A stretch of DNA of 64,000 bases from Chrysomallon squamiferum (lineage: Eukaryota; Animalia; Mollusca): contig CM022667.1 in assembly GCA_012295275.1 (NCBI GenBank), forward strand, positions 6,076,001-6,140,000. The letters are read 5' to 3'. This document shows, in pieces, positions 12,901 through 26,362 of this stretch. The notes beneath the pieces were generated by a model. It saw only the letters and a list, made by a program, of their open reading frames with translations, did no database searches and was not told where the DNA came from. The first letter of the stretch is position 1; each line of letters begins with the position of its first letter. The position numbers and the translations under genes were made by a program.

Positions 12901-13204
12901 CTTCTGCAGTAATACTAAGTTTCACAACAAAACCTATTCTTTTTCCCCCATTTGACACAACAACCTGATACATTCCAAAATCTTCTTGTTTAACATTTGT
13001 CAGTTTATATTCACCTACAGCAGACACATTTGTAGTGAGTACAGGTTGTGTAGATCCAAGACTTTTATTGTTTACATCTGTGAGTTTATACCAGGTAAAT
13101 GTTGGGACTGGATTGGCAATCACAGACATGTGTAGTTGCATTTCCATCTTCTACATCAGCAAATTTGTTCTGAACTGTATCTCGATGATCAGCTCTTGGT
13201 GAAC
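12901..13204 (-). pseudogene. Gene B: Ig5 exon with 2-nt deletion (~13135)
   Basis: 304 nt versus 306 in A, C and D. Sequence 'tgtagttgca' versus 'tgtagagttaca' leads to a premature TAA. Confidence 0.75.
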
Positions 13205-13339
13205 CTGGAAAAGTCAAACTAGTGATTAATTTTATCAATAAAAATTGTATCCAAACAATTACTTATACATACGGATTGATTATTTGTGTCAACAGTAAAA
13301 TCTAGATAAAATAATCTATCTATTTATCTATCTATCCAG

Positions 13340-13399
<60 letters not shown>

Positions 13400-14013
13400 A
13401 AATAAAATAAATAAATAATAAATAAATAAATAAACAAATAAATAAATAAATAAATAATAATACCTAAATGTTTTACCCTCTACACTGACCATTAATTCTA
13501 GTTCTAGATGACATTTCCGGTGAAATGTAAAGCGGAGAACATAACGTAAAGAAAACTGATAGAAGCTGTTTAGTTTGATCCACTATTTGCAGGGAACTAG
13601 TAGGCCCCATCACATGTTTTTGACAAACATGTCAAACCTTGAAGTATGACATTTCAGGAACTATTCATGCAAGAGAACACATATTTTGCATTTCTGATAC
13701 AGAATCAACAAACCTACCAGTTACAGCAATATCTGATTAACAAGTACAATTTTAAAACATTTTCAGTCCATACAATATTTTCACTGATATATTTGAAACA
13801 TATGAGGATAATTCACAAAAGTTAAATGTCTTTTTTTCATCTTCTTTTTGTTTAGGTAGAAATGTGTTGTAATGTTTACTAAAGAGCCTTGAGAGTAGTG
13901 CACAGTTTCATTCTTTAGTTAATGTATTGCGACATGAAGGAAGCAGTGTATATTTAGTGGGTTTTTTTCAAAAGTAACTAAAACAGTACAAATAATGTTA
14001 CAGCATTACATAC

Positions 14014-14292
14014 ATGTGACAAGAAGCTGCACTCTTTGACTGACATAAAACTTGATGTTGTTTCCTGCTTCACAAGTGTAAAATCCTGTATCCAGACATC
14101 CAGCTTCATTCCAGCTGTACTCCACTGACTTGGAGTTTTTCACTTCACGTAGAATGTGTGAGTTGTTTAACAGTTTGATGTGAGATGCTGGATTACTGTC
14201 AACTTCACATCTCAGAGACACAGGAGTCAGTTTATCAACTGTTATCTTTGTAGACTTTGAGTTTAAAGTGAAAGATGTTATTGAAGTCTCAT
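14014..14292 (-). CDS. Gene B: Ig4 exon
   Basis: 279 nt, AG/gtatgt, nearly identical to the other Ig4 copies. Confidence 0.9.
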
Positions 14293-14991
14293 CTGCAACA
14301 AGTAAAAACACTGCAAAATATTTTTGTTAAACACATTTCAACATTAAGTAACAAATATTTTTGCAAATTCAGTAGTTATAATCATTCATATTGGGTTGTT
14401 AACAAATCATTAAAATATTTGATATGTAACATGATATGGCTAAAAACAATTTTAAAGTTCTCTTGAAAGTATATGTATTTTAAAAAGCAGGAAACAGTTT
14501 CACTTTTCACAGATTGTATTTCTGTATTAAAAACCAAATCAATGCTTTGAAGGAGACTCTAAACACCAGTGTTGAATTTTAGCAGACACAGAAGTATGTG
14601 GATGTCACACAGTGAAGCAAATTTGAACGAAAAAGAATCAACTAAATGGAATTATCCATGTTTATATAAAATAAAATTGAAGTCCTTGAAGAATAAGGAT
14701 ATGCAGTTAATGAATTGATGAAAAATGTTCTAGAGACAATGTAGTTAGAAACAGAGTCTACAAGATAACAACTGAAATTCTCCTGTGTAATGTCAGACTG
14801 AAATAGAAAAATAAATATCATGTGAACACAACCTGAAATTCATTATGTATGTATGTATGTATGTATGTATGTATGTATGTATGTATGTATGTATGTATGC
14901 ATGCATAGTTGGCTGTTTATTGAGCCTGAAATAAAGCATAAGTCACTTTTAAATTATTTATATTTAACAGTGATTAACATAGAACAAATTT

Positions 14992-15056
14992 AATTCATCG
15001 ACTGTTATCTTTGCAGACTGAGTCTAAAGTCAAAGATATTACTAAAGCATGATCTG
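14992..15056 (-). pseudogene. Relic 5' fragment of an Ig4 exon with its acceptor (also at ~44600-44665)
   Basis: 'actgttatctttgcagactgagtctaaagtcaaagatattactaaagcatgatctgtaa' aligns to the start of the Ig4 exon with indels. Confidence 0.7.
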
Positions 15057-15754
15057 TAACAAATAAAGAATTACTGAAATCATTAATTGTGTTTGACAGA
15101 CAATTCTGGTAAAGCACGTTTTAGAAGTCTCCAACAGTTGAACTGATTTATTTTGATGAAGAATAACTGAGCTAACAGGATGACGTCTGAATTTAAAAAT
15201 TGTTAAAAGTTCCTGTTTGATGTTTTTCTTTCTTCGTCTTTTTTTTTTGTTTTGTTTTATCTTTGTAATATAACCAGTCTATATTTATTTATTCATTTAT
15301 TTATTAAATTATCTATGTTTTCAAGTAGTTAAACTGAACATTATTACAGTTGCATATCTCAGATAATATAAAAACTTTAAGTAAGAATATTATAAATGTG
15401 TTTACATTATATTTCTGAATGTATTTCATTTTGATAAATCTATTAGAATTGAATCTTTTGTCACCATTTTCCTGTCTTTATGTTTCTTTTTTTATCCACG
15501 TTTTTTCCATCGTTTCCTTCTTTCTAAATTGTGTATGTATGTATGTATGTGTGTATGTATGTATGTATATATATTCTTTTTCTCTTTAAAAGCTTTCCCT
15601 CTTTCTTTAATATTGAGTTTTTAATGTGTATAAAATACAATACTTTTATTCAAGAACATCATTCATGTCACTACTTATTTTTATCTTTGTTAAACAGATA
15701 TTAATGTTCAAGTACAAATCCTTTTTGAAAATCAAATTCTCTATGTTTACTTAC

Positions 15755-16012
15755 ACTGAACATCCAAGATAACAGTTTTTTGTTGTTTGACTTTTTTTGT
15801 GTTTACATTGGTGACAATACACACACAAACTCCAGCCTCTGTTCTGAGTATTTGTGTAAAAGAAAGTACAGCATCATGTATTTCCTTTGTCTGACACTTC
15901 CACTTGTAAGTGCAGACTTCATCACAGTCTGCCTCACACCAAACAGCTACGTTTTTACCTTCTACTATCTGTACTGGTGAACTTCTGTTCAGTTTAACGT
16001 TTTCTGGACCAA
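15755..16012 (-). CDS. Gene B: Ig3 exon (type 2)
   Basis: GPENVKLNRS...CEADCDEVCTYKW...EAGVCVCIVTN. 258 nt versus 255 in D because of two homopolymer expansions (+1, +2). Confidence 0.8.
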
Positions 16013-16399
16013 CTGACAATGAAAATAAATCATTTGGTTTGCTTTTTTTATATGATGATAATAATAGTGCTAATAATAATAATAATAAAAAATAATAATA
16101 ATTGTACTTTCTCTCTACGGTAACTTAATAAATAAAATTAAAAAAAACAAAAATAGTCTAAATTTTTATAATACTTATTACTAATTCTTTCACACGCACA
16201 CATGCACATACCAAAAATTTACCTTTAAATTATTAATAAAACGTGTTTAATAGTTCTTTCATTCTTCATATTTTTACTCTTTGAAATAAATGATTAAAGT
16301 ATGATAATTTGCAAGAAAAAATTTAAAATGTACAATTGTTCAAAAATGACAATTTAGTTCAAATTACTTGTTTAAAATACTGAAACTAATCTTTGTTTT

Positions 16400-16430
<31 letters not shown>

Positions 16431-16484
16431 CATACATTATTACATACATACATATATATACATACATACATACATATATACATA

Positions 16485-16684
16485 NNNNNNNNNNNNNNNN
16501 NNNNNNNNNNNNNNNNNNNNNNNNNNNNNNNNNNNNNNNNNNNNNNNNNNNNNNNNNNNNNNNNNNNNNNNNNNNNNNNNNNNNNNNNNNNNNNNNNNNN
16601 NNNNNNNNNNNNNNNNNNNNNNNNNNNNNNNNNNNNNNNNNNNNNNNNNNNNNNNNNNNNNNNNNNNNNNNNNNNNNNNNNNNN
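16485..16684. other. Assembly gap (200 N)
   Basis: Run of n flanked by (CATA)n. Confidence 1.
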
Positions 16685-16907
16685 TCTTTTATGTATATAT
16701 ACAAGTTAAAAAGAAGAAAATGAAAGAAAACTCTGGATCTTATATATATATTCTTTCTTTTAACAAGCTTCTCCTGCTTTCTGTTTTAATGTAATAAAAT
16801 ACAGTACTTTTATTCAAGAACATCATTCATACCTTTTATTTATTTCTTTGTTAAACTAATAAAGTGCAATATAAATCCTGTTGAAAATCAAATTCTCTAA
16901 GTTCACC

Positions 16908-17165
16908 CACTGAACATCCAATATAACAGTTTTGTTTTTTGACTTGTTTGTGTTTACATTAGTGACAATACACACACAAACTCCAGCCTCTCTGTTCTGT
17001 ATTTGTGGCAAAAGAAAGTACAGCATCATTTATTTCCTTTGTCTGACACTTCCACTTTGTAAGAGCAGACTTCATCACAGTCTGCCTCACACAAAACAGC
17101 CACGTTTTTACCTTCTACTACCTGTACTGGTGAACTTCTGTTCAGTTTAATATTTTCTGGACCAA
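16908..17165 (-). pseudogene. Second, frameshifted type-2 Ig3 exon copy
   Basis: Homologous to 15755-16012, with several single-base indels and a damaged donor. It lies just after the gap. Confidence 0.75.
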
Positions 17166-17900
17166 CTGAAAAATACAGATAAATTAATTAATAATGATTG
17201 CTCTCAGTACTAAAATACTACATTAATATATTGTGTGTGTGTTCCCAAAGAAGAGAGAAAATGTTTTATTTAAGGATGATGATGACAAAGAAAAGAAACA
17301 ACATACTTTGAATTGATTCATTTGTGTGTTATTTTTATTTGCATTTTTATTTTACCAATTTTAAGTAACAAAGTAAAATGCATAAAAGGATTCAGCTTCC
17401 AAGGATCTAGTACTGTTATTATTTTGTAGCAGAGGAATACTCTATTAAAAGTGGACCGCATTTTGTTGTTCATTGAAAATATTTTGTTTTCAAAAGTACG
17501 TGCATTTCTAAACAAAAGAAGCATGTTTATTATCCATTTCTCTAATAATCCTGTTTTAATACAAATTAAACAAAATCAGATTATTGCTGCTTCAAACAAC
17601 CTTGAACTTTTTGTTTTTGCTTTGTAAATATCAAGCAAATTCAAAAAACATCTACAACTGTCAGTATGTAATCTTAATTAAATTCAGTTGTGACGCAAGA
17701 AAACTGAAATATACGAATATTTTTAACAATATTATTTTTTTTTTTTTATTTTGAATGCAGCTATTACTGGTCGGTCGTCAAATCTATCAACAACAACAAC
17801 AACAACAATAATAATATAAAATAATTTGAAAACATACAAAATTAATTTAGATCAGTTATAAATAAAATACATTTTCTAAGATTTTTTAAATAAAACTCAC

Positions 17901-18155
17901 AGTGTACTTTCAGAGTGAAACTTTTAGTGAGAGATTTTGGCTGAGACTCTGTTAGTCACAGTTACATGTGTACTTCTGTCCTGCCTGGTTTCTTCTCACA
18001 TTTGTAACACTGAGCTCAGACTGACTCAGTCTGTTGATTGTTAAGAGACCAGGAAAACAAACATGGCGGCTTGCAGACAGCAACACAGCTTATATTCAAA
18101 TCATTTCCTTCTTCAACATTTCCTGAAGCCAGCCTCTACACACTGTCTGGCCCAC
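17901..18155 (-). pseudogene. Gene B: Ig2 exon with compensating indels (-2,+1,+1) and internal TGA
   Basis: Same 255-nt length and splice sites as 46376-46630, but reads ...QQTES-V-stop. Confidence 0.7.
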
Positions 18156-20016
18156 CTAAGAATAAAATTAAAATAATAATAATAATAAAAAGAATTCTGC
18201 TACTGCTACTAATAATAATGATAAAATTAAACATGTGATCTTTTAATTGCTAAATATAACTTCCATTAATGACCATGTGTTAAGGTGTAAAATAAAAAAA
18301 CATTAAAAACAATTTCCGCTTTATAAACAAAGAAATGTTTTTTTCTAGAACTATGCTAATTTTTAATTTCAATGATGGTTTAACTGAGACAAAAAGTTGC
18401 GTTAGAAATGCGAGGTAGGACAAAGGAGCCAGTTAGAAAAACAATATAGGACAAAAGACACCCATACTGTTTCTCATCTGAACTTTTGAATTGTTTCCAT
18501 TCTGTTAAATCTGTCAAGATTTTATCATTAATATTTTCAATTTCCTTTTTTGGGAGTGACAATCTATATATTATTTATTTGCTTTCGGAAATTACAGTCT
18601 GTTTTCAAACATACATTATTTCATTATGCTTTGATATAACATGTCATTTGAAACTGTATCCTTAATCCTAATTATGATTATTACTAATTAATTATGTTGG
18701 TTAAAACATATTAAATTGATAATCATGCCATTATTATTCTGATTTCGATAAAGAGATGTAGTATGTATAATTTAAGCAGTTTGTAGCAGAGCTGTTTTTA
18801 TCTTTGGGTGGGCAGTTTGTCAAACATTGTTTTCATGCTGTTTTTCTCTGGGGGCTTTTGTTCTACAAAAATCCACTGGGGAAGCTTATGTCCTACAAAC
18901 TATTTAATCTTATCTATACACATCTCCTTTAGAATTACACAATCACAGACAAACAAGATTTTCAGAATGGCAGATTTTTTAGCTGGAGCCACAGGTTTGT
19001 AGTCAAGAAAAGAAAATAAACTATTTCACTGAAAACTAGCACTATTTGTAAATAAGAGATTATTAGGAAGTAGATCTAATCTTCTGAAATGCACTGTTAA
19101 TTTTCTCATTATTTAATGTATTTCAACCTAGTAGTTAATAATACAAATTAAACTTAACACTAGCATAAACTAAAACTATTAATAAACCTAAACTCTGATT
19201 ATTCACCTGTGTTTGTTTGGTGATCAATGTTTTACTCCTGTACAGGTATTAATTATATTGTACACCTAACTATTTTTTGATTCTTTAATAAAATAGCAAA
19301 ATAAATATCAAGTGTTTATCAGCTGATACAATTTTCTTTTTTTCTTATCTTTGATCTTCTTGCAGTATTTGAAATTTATCAAAGTGCAATTAATACGATA
19401 GCTAAAAAATTAAAACAATAATTAAGTAATTAATAAATAATAATAATAATAATAATAATAATAGTAATAATAATAAATAACATTAAAATAATTATAAATA
19501 AAAAATGTCTTTCTTCCTTGTCCGTTTGATTGAAACTGTACAAAGAAATGTTCATTGTTCAAAAATATGTACAATATAAATAACCAGTTATATGTACATT
19601 AACACTGCAGAAAGAAATAATGTTGACATTACACAGATGTATGTACATCAACATTGTATAAAGATATTTTCATTATAAAGTAAGCAATGTATTGGTCATT
19701 TCTCTTCAAAGCAAACAAAAATAACACATCAAAACAGTACATGACAGTCTATGATTTTCAATTTTAATAAGGATAATAAAAATAAACATAATAAAGAAAT
19801 CTTAAAACAAATTACATTAATAAAAAAGTGTGATTCTTTCAGTATATTACAATTAAACTAAATTTGTGCTGCCAGTCAGATACACTAAATTTAATTGTTA
19901 TATTTATCATTCACTGTTTCAGGGAATATAGTTAAAGTTTAAATTTGTTTATGAACAGATTTTATTTACTTACTATAATTAACATCTTTGTTATAAAAAT
20001 ATAATTATTTACTTAC

Positions 20017-20379
20017 TGCTCATTTCTAATCTCAGTGTGTTACTGGACATTCTATCAGTATTCAGTTTACAAAACCAGTCTGCGACATCCTGATCTGAAA
20101 CTTTGTTAATTGTCAGAGAATAATTCTTAGTGGTTGATAGTCTGCTGTTTGTCCCATCTCCACACTCTACAGAATAACTCTGACTGTCAGCTGGAGGATT
20201 AAATACAGAACACTGATCTAATTTCTGTTTGAGTGAAGCAAAACTCCCACTGCCACCATCTTTATAAAATAGTATTAAGTCATCAAGATTCTCAGCACCT
20301 GACACTGTACAAGTCAAAGTAAACTGTTTGTCTTTGACTAAATGAGATGAAGATCCAGACAAAGTCAGTGAAACACAAT
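20017..20379 (-). CDS. Gene B: N-terminal V-like Ig exon (type 2)
   Basis: 363 nt, cag/gtaagt. Reads CVSLTLSGS...FTLTCTVSG...QCSVF...SVECG...YSLTINKV...DVADWFCKL. Confidence 0.9.
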
Positions 20380-22850
20380 CTGTAAAATAAAAGATAAATT
20401 TGTTTCTTTTCAGTATATTTTTGTTCCTTTGTTTGTCAGTTTTTTTTTTACTTAATTTTTATTTAATTTTTAATTCTAAGGATTCTTATTAACATTTTAC
20501 TGCCTTTCATTTTGTTTCACTAAATACATATTTTCTTTCATGATAATATTATTTTTATTTGTAAGTGAAAATGTCATTGTTAAATAGCACATTCTGGTTG
20601 CTCTTAATAATTTTCCTTGAACATACAAAGATAAAAATTGATAAGAGATTTAGAATTTGTATTTTTCTAATATAAAGTCATTTTCTAAATAACATTTCTT
20701 TTTTTTTTATCAGAATGAAAAGACGTGTATGAAACTTAAGACTTTATTTTTAATGTTGCATTTCACTGAACCAAATCAGAGACACAGATTACAAGTACAA
20801 AGTGAAATGATCAGAAACTAGAAAACTTAAGTTGATGTTACTGACTAATGTAAATGAATTTTAAAAGCAGATCTTTACAATTTATGTTTTAATGGGCACT
20901 GGTATTTAGTGGGAATAACCCAGTGGGGGTTGTCCCCCTTCATACAAATTATTTCCTTAAACAAAATCCTGTTGAAAAAAACAACAGCAAAAAAAAAAAA
21001 GTAAACAAATAAAATCAAACAAAATAAAATAATGTTAACAATAATAATAATAATAAAGTAACCCTGGTTCGATATCTAAAATAACCAGATTTCTAGAATC
21101 ACAGCTGTCACATTTGGAAGACAGATTTCAGTGAGATTTGCCAGAGTTCAGTTTGTGCACATTTTGTTTTATTTTGTTTCTTCCTCTTCACCTTTGCAGT
21201 TTGCTTTAAATATTTTTTTAAGAACTTTAATAGCAGTAACATTGAAAATTTTGGTGAAAGGGGTTTCAGATTTGTATTTCCTTCTGTGTTAAATTATTAA
21301 TTACATTTTTTATTAAAACAATCATTTTTCTATGAATTTAAAACATAATTAGTTTTATCAAATGGAACACATATACTTTTGAAAACAAAAAACCCTATTA
21401 ACATATCACACTCTAAATTTAGATTTTTTTGTAAACAAGTCTGAGACAATTATTTTTTAATTTTATGTAAAAGATAAACTGAACATAACAGGATACAGTG
21501 ACACTGAAACTCATATGTAACTAATTTCTACAGTGTCCTCTCATTTGTCACACATCTGATAACAACACATCTCATGGCTGAGTGAACTGCTGACTGTATT
21601 GTCTCTACCTAGTACGGAATAATGGACTCATCTTCCTGTAGGTTATAGAGTCAGCTTAGGGAATAATTAAACAAACCCCTACTAACAACTGAACACAAAC
21701 ACTGAACAGATATTATGTTAACATCCATAACATTACACATTCAGACACAACACAAAGCTAATATGAATGATACATGGAGCTCTAGGGCATATATTAGAGT
21801 GTTAGAGTACATATCAGTTTATACATGTGTGCAGCGAAGTTAAATTATAGTGGTTTGATTACTTAGTCACTAAGCTGTCTAGGGGAGACAATCCTTTCTA
21901 ATGCCTGTGAATATATTTATCCCTAGACTATACACATTGATAATCAAACAACAATTAAACTTTTATCTAAACTGTGCAATATCTTTAAAACCTTCTCTTT
22001 AAATAATATTTTTAGACAATTAAGATGAAATAATAAGTAAAATATGTTTTGGTATTAATTATTAATTCTAATAGAATATCAAAATGGCTTATATTTTTTG
22101 TAAAGATTTTATCAGTAAAAATAAATAAATTATCAATGATGATAGACATAAAATTAAATATTTATTTGTTTTTCATGTTATTTTAGTCTTAAAATAATAA
22201 TAATAATAATAATAATCAAATCAAAAATTAAAATGTAAAAAGTGTATCAAATCTTTTATAAATATCAGAAGTTTGTACTAATAAATAATTCTTTTCTGCA
22301 ATTTGAATATTTTAAAAATTACTACATAACAATTAATTATTTAATAACAGATAAAATGTTTTTAGCTAAATTATTTTCACAGGCAGAAGTATTAAATGTA
22401 ATTATGTATTCATAATTTAAATGTGACCAAAATTATGCCTGGTTACTAACAGATGTTGCTGAATCCTACAAAACTCATATTTATCTCAAAATTAATAAAA
22501 TGTATCGAAAACTGTAATCAGAGAGGAATATGTCAGAGGATGTTACAGATCAAATCAGATTTTAATTCTTACTTTTCAGAGGAATATCTTTAAACCTGAA
22601 ATAATTATAGAACATTTAATTAATAGTGTTAATCTTATTATTATTATTATTTTAATATTAAATTAATTTTCAATTTCACATGTTCTACTTTAATTCCATA
22701 CTTCAAAAAAATAATTATAAAACAATAAATAAATAAATTAAGGAAAACGAGGTAGCTACTGTGAATGAGAATAAAAGTAAAATAATTTTCACAGCTGACA
22801 AGCAATCGAGACTGAGAGTCAAGAAGTTTTAACAGTTTCTGTAAATTTAC

Positions 22851-22917
22851 CTGAATACGTGACACTGTTCAAGACGAACACCATAAAAATCAGTTTCTTA
22901 TCAACCGTCGAAAACAT
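22851..22917 (-). CDS. Gene B: signal-peptide exon
   Basis: MFSTVDKKLIFMVFVLNSVTYS, phase-1 donor gtaaat, homologous to 47532-47598. Confidence 0.8.
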
Positions 22918-23240
22918 AGTTTATTAATTATAAATACTGACAAAGTTTTAAATTAAAAATCTCCTTCTCACAACAACAAACGATGTTTTTTGCTGGCAGT
23001 TCACTTCCTGGTTTGTTTTTGTCAAAATGCATACATCTCTCCGGATTTAGTTAACGCAGTAACATCCGATTTTTCATCTGAAGTTTCTGAATTATGGTGA
23101 ATAAATAGCTTGTGAGTCCTTGCTTTTTGTAACAGTTACATGTGATCTTTTGATACCAGAGACTAATTCAACGCGAACTGCCACTGTTTACATTACTGAA
23201 TATGAAATCTAAAGTATTATCTGCACTGTGTGTAGTAGTA
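22918..23240 (-). promoter_or_regulatory. Putative promoter/5'UTR conserved with 47599-47965, containing an ETS-like GGAAGT
   Basis: Colinear similarity upstream of both type-2 leaders. CCAGGAAGTG lies at 23002-23011 (minus strand). Confidence 0.45.
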
Positions 23241-25369
23241 CAAAGGCTTATGGCCCTTGAAGTGTATAAACTTGCACAGTTATTAGCGCTAAGAATTTGT
23301 TTCACTTATTGTGACTATTACAAAGTCGAACGCAACATGATTGTTTACCCTTACTTATTTATGTATTATTTCCATTTTATTTATTTATATATATATATAT
23401 ATATTCTTACTTTATTTTTCTTACTCGTAATGTAACTTACTTTATAAAAGTGAGCAGTAAAGTATGCTCTTCTTTTTAGCCATACCAGGAATGTATAATT
23501 AAATTAAAACACAAGACAACTTTTAAACATTTTGATTAATTACTAAGTGAACCTGTTGGAAATCAGTAGTGATATGAGACAATTGGTTATTCTTCTTTTT
23601 ACTTACTTTTAAAAGTTAATAATTTATTAGTTACTGAACACGAGTGTTATTTCTGGTATAACTGGTCGGTCTTTGTTCAGATTAATGTTTGTAAACAGCT
23701 TAGTAAACATCACAGCACCTGAAATGTTACTTTGACATATTATGTAGAAATTGTTATAAAATAAAAACACTTATAACATAGACATATATATTTAAAGGAG
23801 AAATGATTTAATTTGAATATATTATGTTTTTTTTTTTTTTTTTTTTTTTTAGCACTCATATAATCTTAGTAGCTCACTTTTCTTCTTTTTTTTTTCTCTT
23901 TTCTCAGCGACTGTTAGGAGATTTCACAATTTATGTGATGAGGGGGATTGGATAGAAAAGAAATTAACAAACTGACGGAGAACAAAACTTTTATTTGGCT
24001 ACAATCACTTTATACAAATCAAAAAACTAAAACTGCACAGTATTGGTTATAAAGCAAGTAATCAGTTTTCTCTGTTTTAGAATTCATAATTATTTTTATT
24101 TGGTAATCTTTATAAAATTATTGTTATACCAATTATTCTTACTGTTATTATTATTTCGTATTTTTCTTGTTGTTTGTTTAGGTTTCGTTTAATATTAATA
24201 TTAATCCATGAGCTAGACAATTGAAGCTGAATACCAAACTGGTGAACAGATCCAATGAAAATGTTTTGTTAGTGCAAATATCCGACATTAGCTGACATTT
24301 TTGACTGGTAGCGTTGTGACGTTTTTCCTACCTTCTTAGTAAATACGAATTTAAAAAATCAGAGTAATAGAATTTATTTATTTTTTTGTGATAAAATTTT
24401 AGCTATCTCTGAAATAAAAAATAAAATGAAATGAATGAAAAGAAAAAAAAAAAGAAAAGGGTACAAAATAAAGAAAAGAAAAAAAAGTCAGAGTAAATGA
24501 TTTCGGTAAACTAATTCAGTATAGATAAATGATTTCAACATATTTTATCTACCAGTGTGTTGTTTCAGGTATTTATTCTGTAAATGAAGTCTGGCGTTTA
24601 TATATTAAACTAAACAAGGTTTTTACCCTCATATATATATATATATTAATTCTTCATTTCTTGTTTTCATCATCATCAGTATTTTTTTCTTGAAATAAAT
24701 TATGGTAATTTAAAAAGAAAAGTATATATATATGTTCTTTTAATCAGAAGAAAAACTTTTATGAAAATATACCAGAATAAACTGAAATTTAGATAAAAAA
24801 GCAATTAATGTTAAAACTGAATCACAGTGAAACACTCTGTGTATATGCATGAAAAGGAGTGATTATTCAACAAATAAATAAGCAAATAAAAATAATCATC
24901 GAATGTTATGAAAACAAAAAAACAAAGAGTACGTTTGTTAGAGGAAATAGTTCTCTTTATTACTGTATACGGTGCATGCTCCTTTGAACAAAACTGCATG
25001 TTCACTTAGCCAGGAGAAGATGGCAATTTTCAGCTGATTTAGGCTTTTCAAAATTGTAGAAGAAGAAAAAAGGAAGACAAAATGTCAATTATTATAACAG
25101 TACCCTGATTTAAACAAGATATATTAAAACTGAATTGAAATGGAAAGGACATAAACACCTTACCTGTCAGTATTTAGTGATTTTATAAAAGAAAGTTCAT
25201 GTACTTATACAACCTTATTTAACAAAATAAATAAATAAAAAAGTGACATATAAGCTAATCTGAACAAAAAAAACTTAAAATAAAAAATGCAATTAATAAA
25301 TAAATAAGTAAAATAAAATAATAGTAAAATAAACAAAAAATGAACAACACAAAAGAGATATATCTAGTT

Positions 25370-25482
25370 TCAACACTGTCTCTGACTTGTGTTTTCATAG
25401 ACAGTGAGTACTGAGTATGGTGAGTCTTTTCTAGCTTCCAGTGATGAGTAATTGTTTGTAGTATCTTTATCTCTCTCAGTAT
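25370..25482 (-). CDS. Gene C: last cytoplasmic exon with ITAM
   Basis: (N)TERDKDTTNNYSSLEARKDSPYSVLTVYENTSQRQC*. Confidence 0.85.
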
Positions 25483-25875
25483 CTGAAACCAAATATGTAA
25501 TAGTTGCACATCATGTCTTATACAGTAGCAGTAATAACAGTAATATCAGAAGTAATGGAAGATCAGCACACAAGGTACGTAGCAACTAAAATAGCTGTCT
25601 GTGTGTTGATCAAAGAATGAAATTTAAAGATTAGTTATTGTTTTCAAAATATAACAGATCATATTGACTAAGATTTTATATTGTGCCTATTCCATTTATA
25701 ATTCATAATTATATATTCATGGTTGTAGAGACATAATCTATGAATCACAAAATATTTTATTACTATAGTTACAGTGAGCAGATTGATATACCATCTGTCT
25801 TTCCTGTCTAGCCTAGACAGATTTGATAATAGTAATTAAAAACCTGCTATTTTAGCTAAATGTTATATTTTTATA

Positions 25876-25910
<35 letters not shown>

Positions 25911-26029
25911 TATAACACACTGTATTTATGCTGATTTTGATTACTTCTCTCTTTCAGTTATTTAATAATTTATTATTATTATTATTATTATTATTTGTTC
26001 TATTCTAAAAACTAGCAGGTTTTACTGAC

Positions 26030-26088
26030 TTTGACTTTGTTGAAGATCGTCATAGAGAGATGATTCCTGTACTCCAGTGTTAAACTGT
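26030..26088 (-). CDS. Gene C: cytoplasmic exon 2 (59 nt), ITIM SLYDDL
   Basis: (R)QFNTGVQESSLYDDLQQSQ, tttcag/gtcagt. Confidence 0.8.
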
Positions 26089-26362
26089 CTGAAACAAACA
26101 AACAAAACTCTCCGATTATTGAATTATATTATTTTTTTAGCATATTAAAATAACATCTTTAAGATAAATAAATAAATAAAGAAGCAAAATTAATAAAAGG
26201 ATTTTAAAAAAATAAATTTAAATAAAAAAAAATAAATTAAAAAAGCAATAAATTTGTATAATTATTAAGTGAACTCAACATGTAGTGATAAACAATGTAT
26301 GTTTCATATCAGTTTAACTTTCATCTTTATTTTGGTGTCTCAATATATGTAATATTAAATAC

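Larger units (their letters stand above)
4980..16484. repeat. Segmental duplication copy 1 (partner ~34700-46170, offset ~29.6 kb)
   Basis: Colinear near-identity including introns and microsatellites, e.g. 5842/35373, 9242/38823, 16012/45611. Confidence 0.95.
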
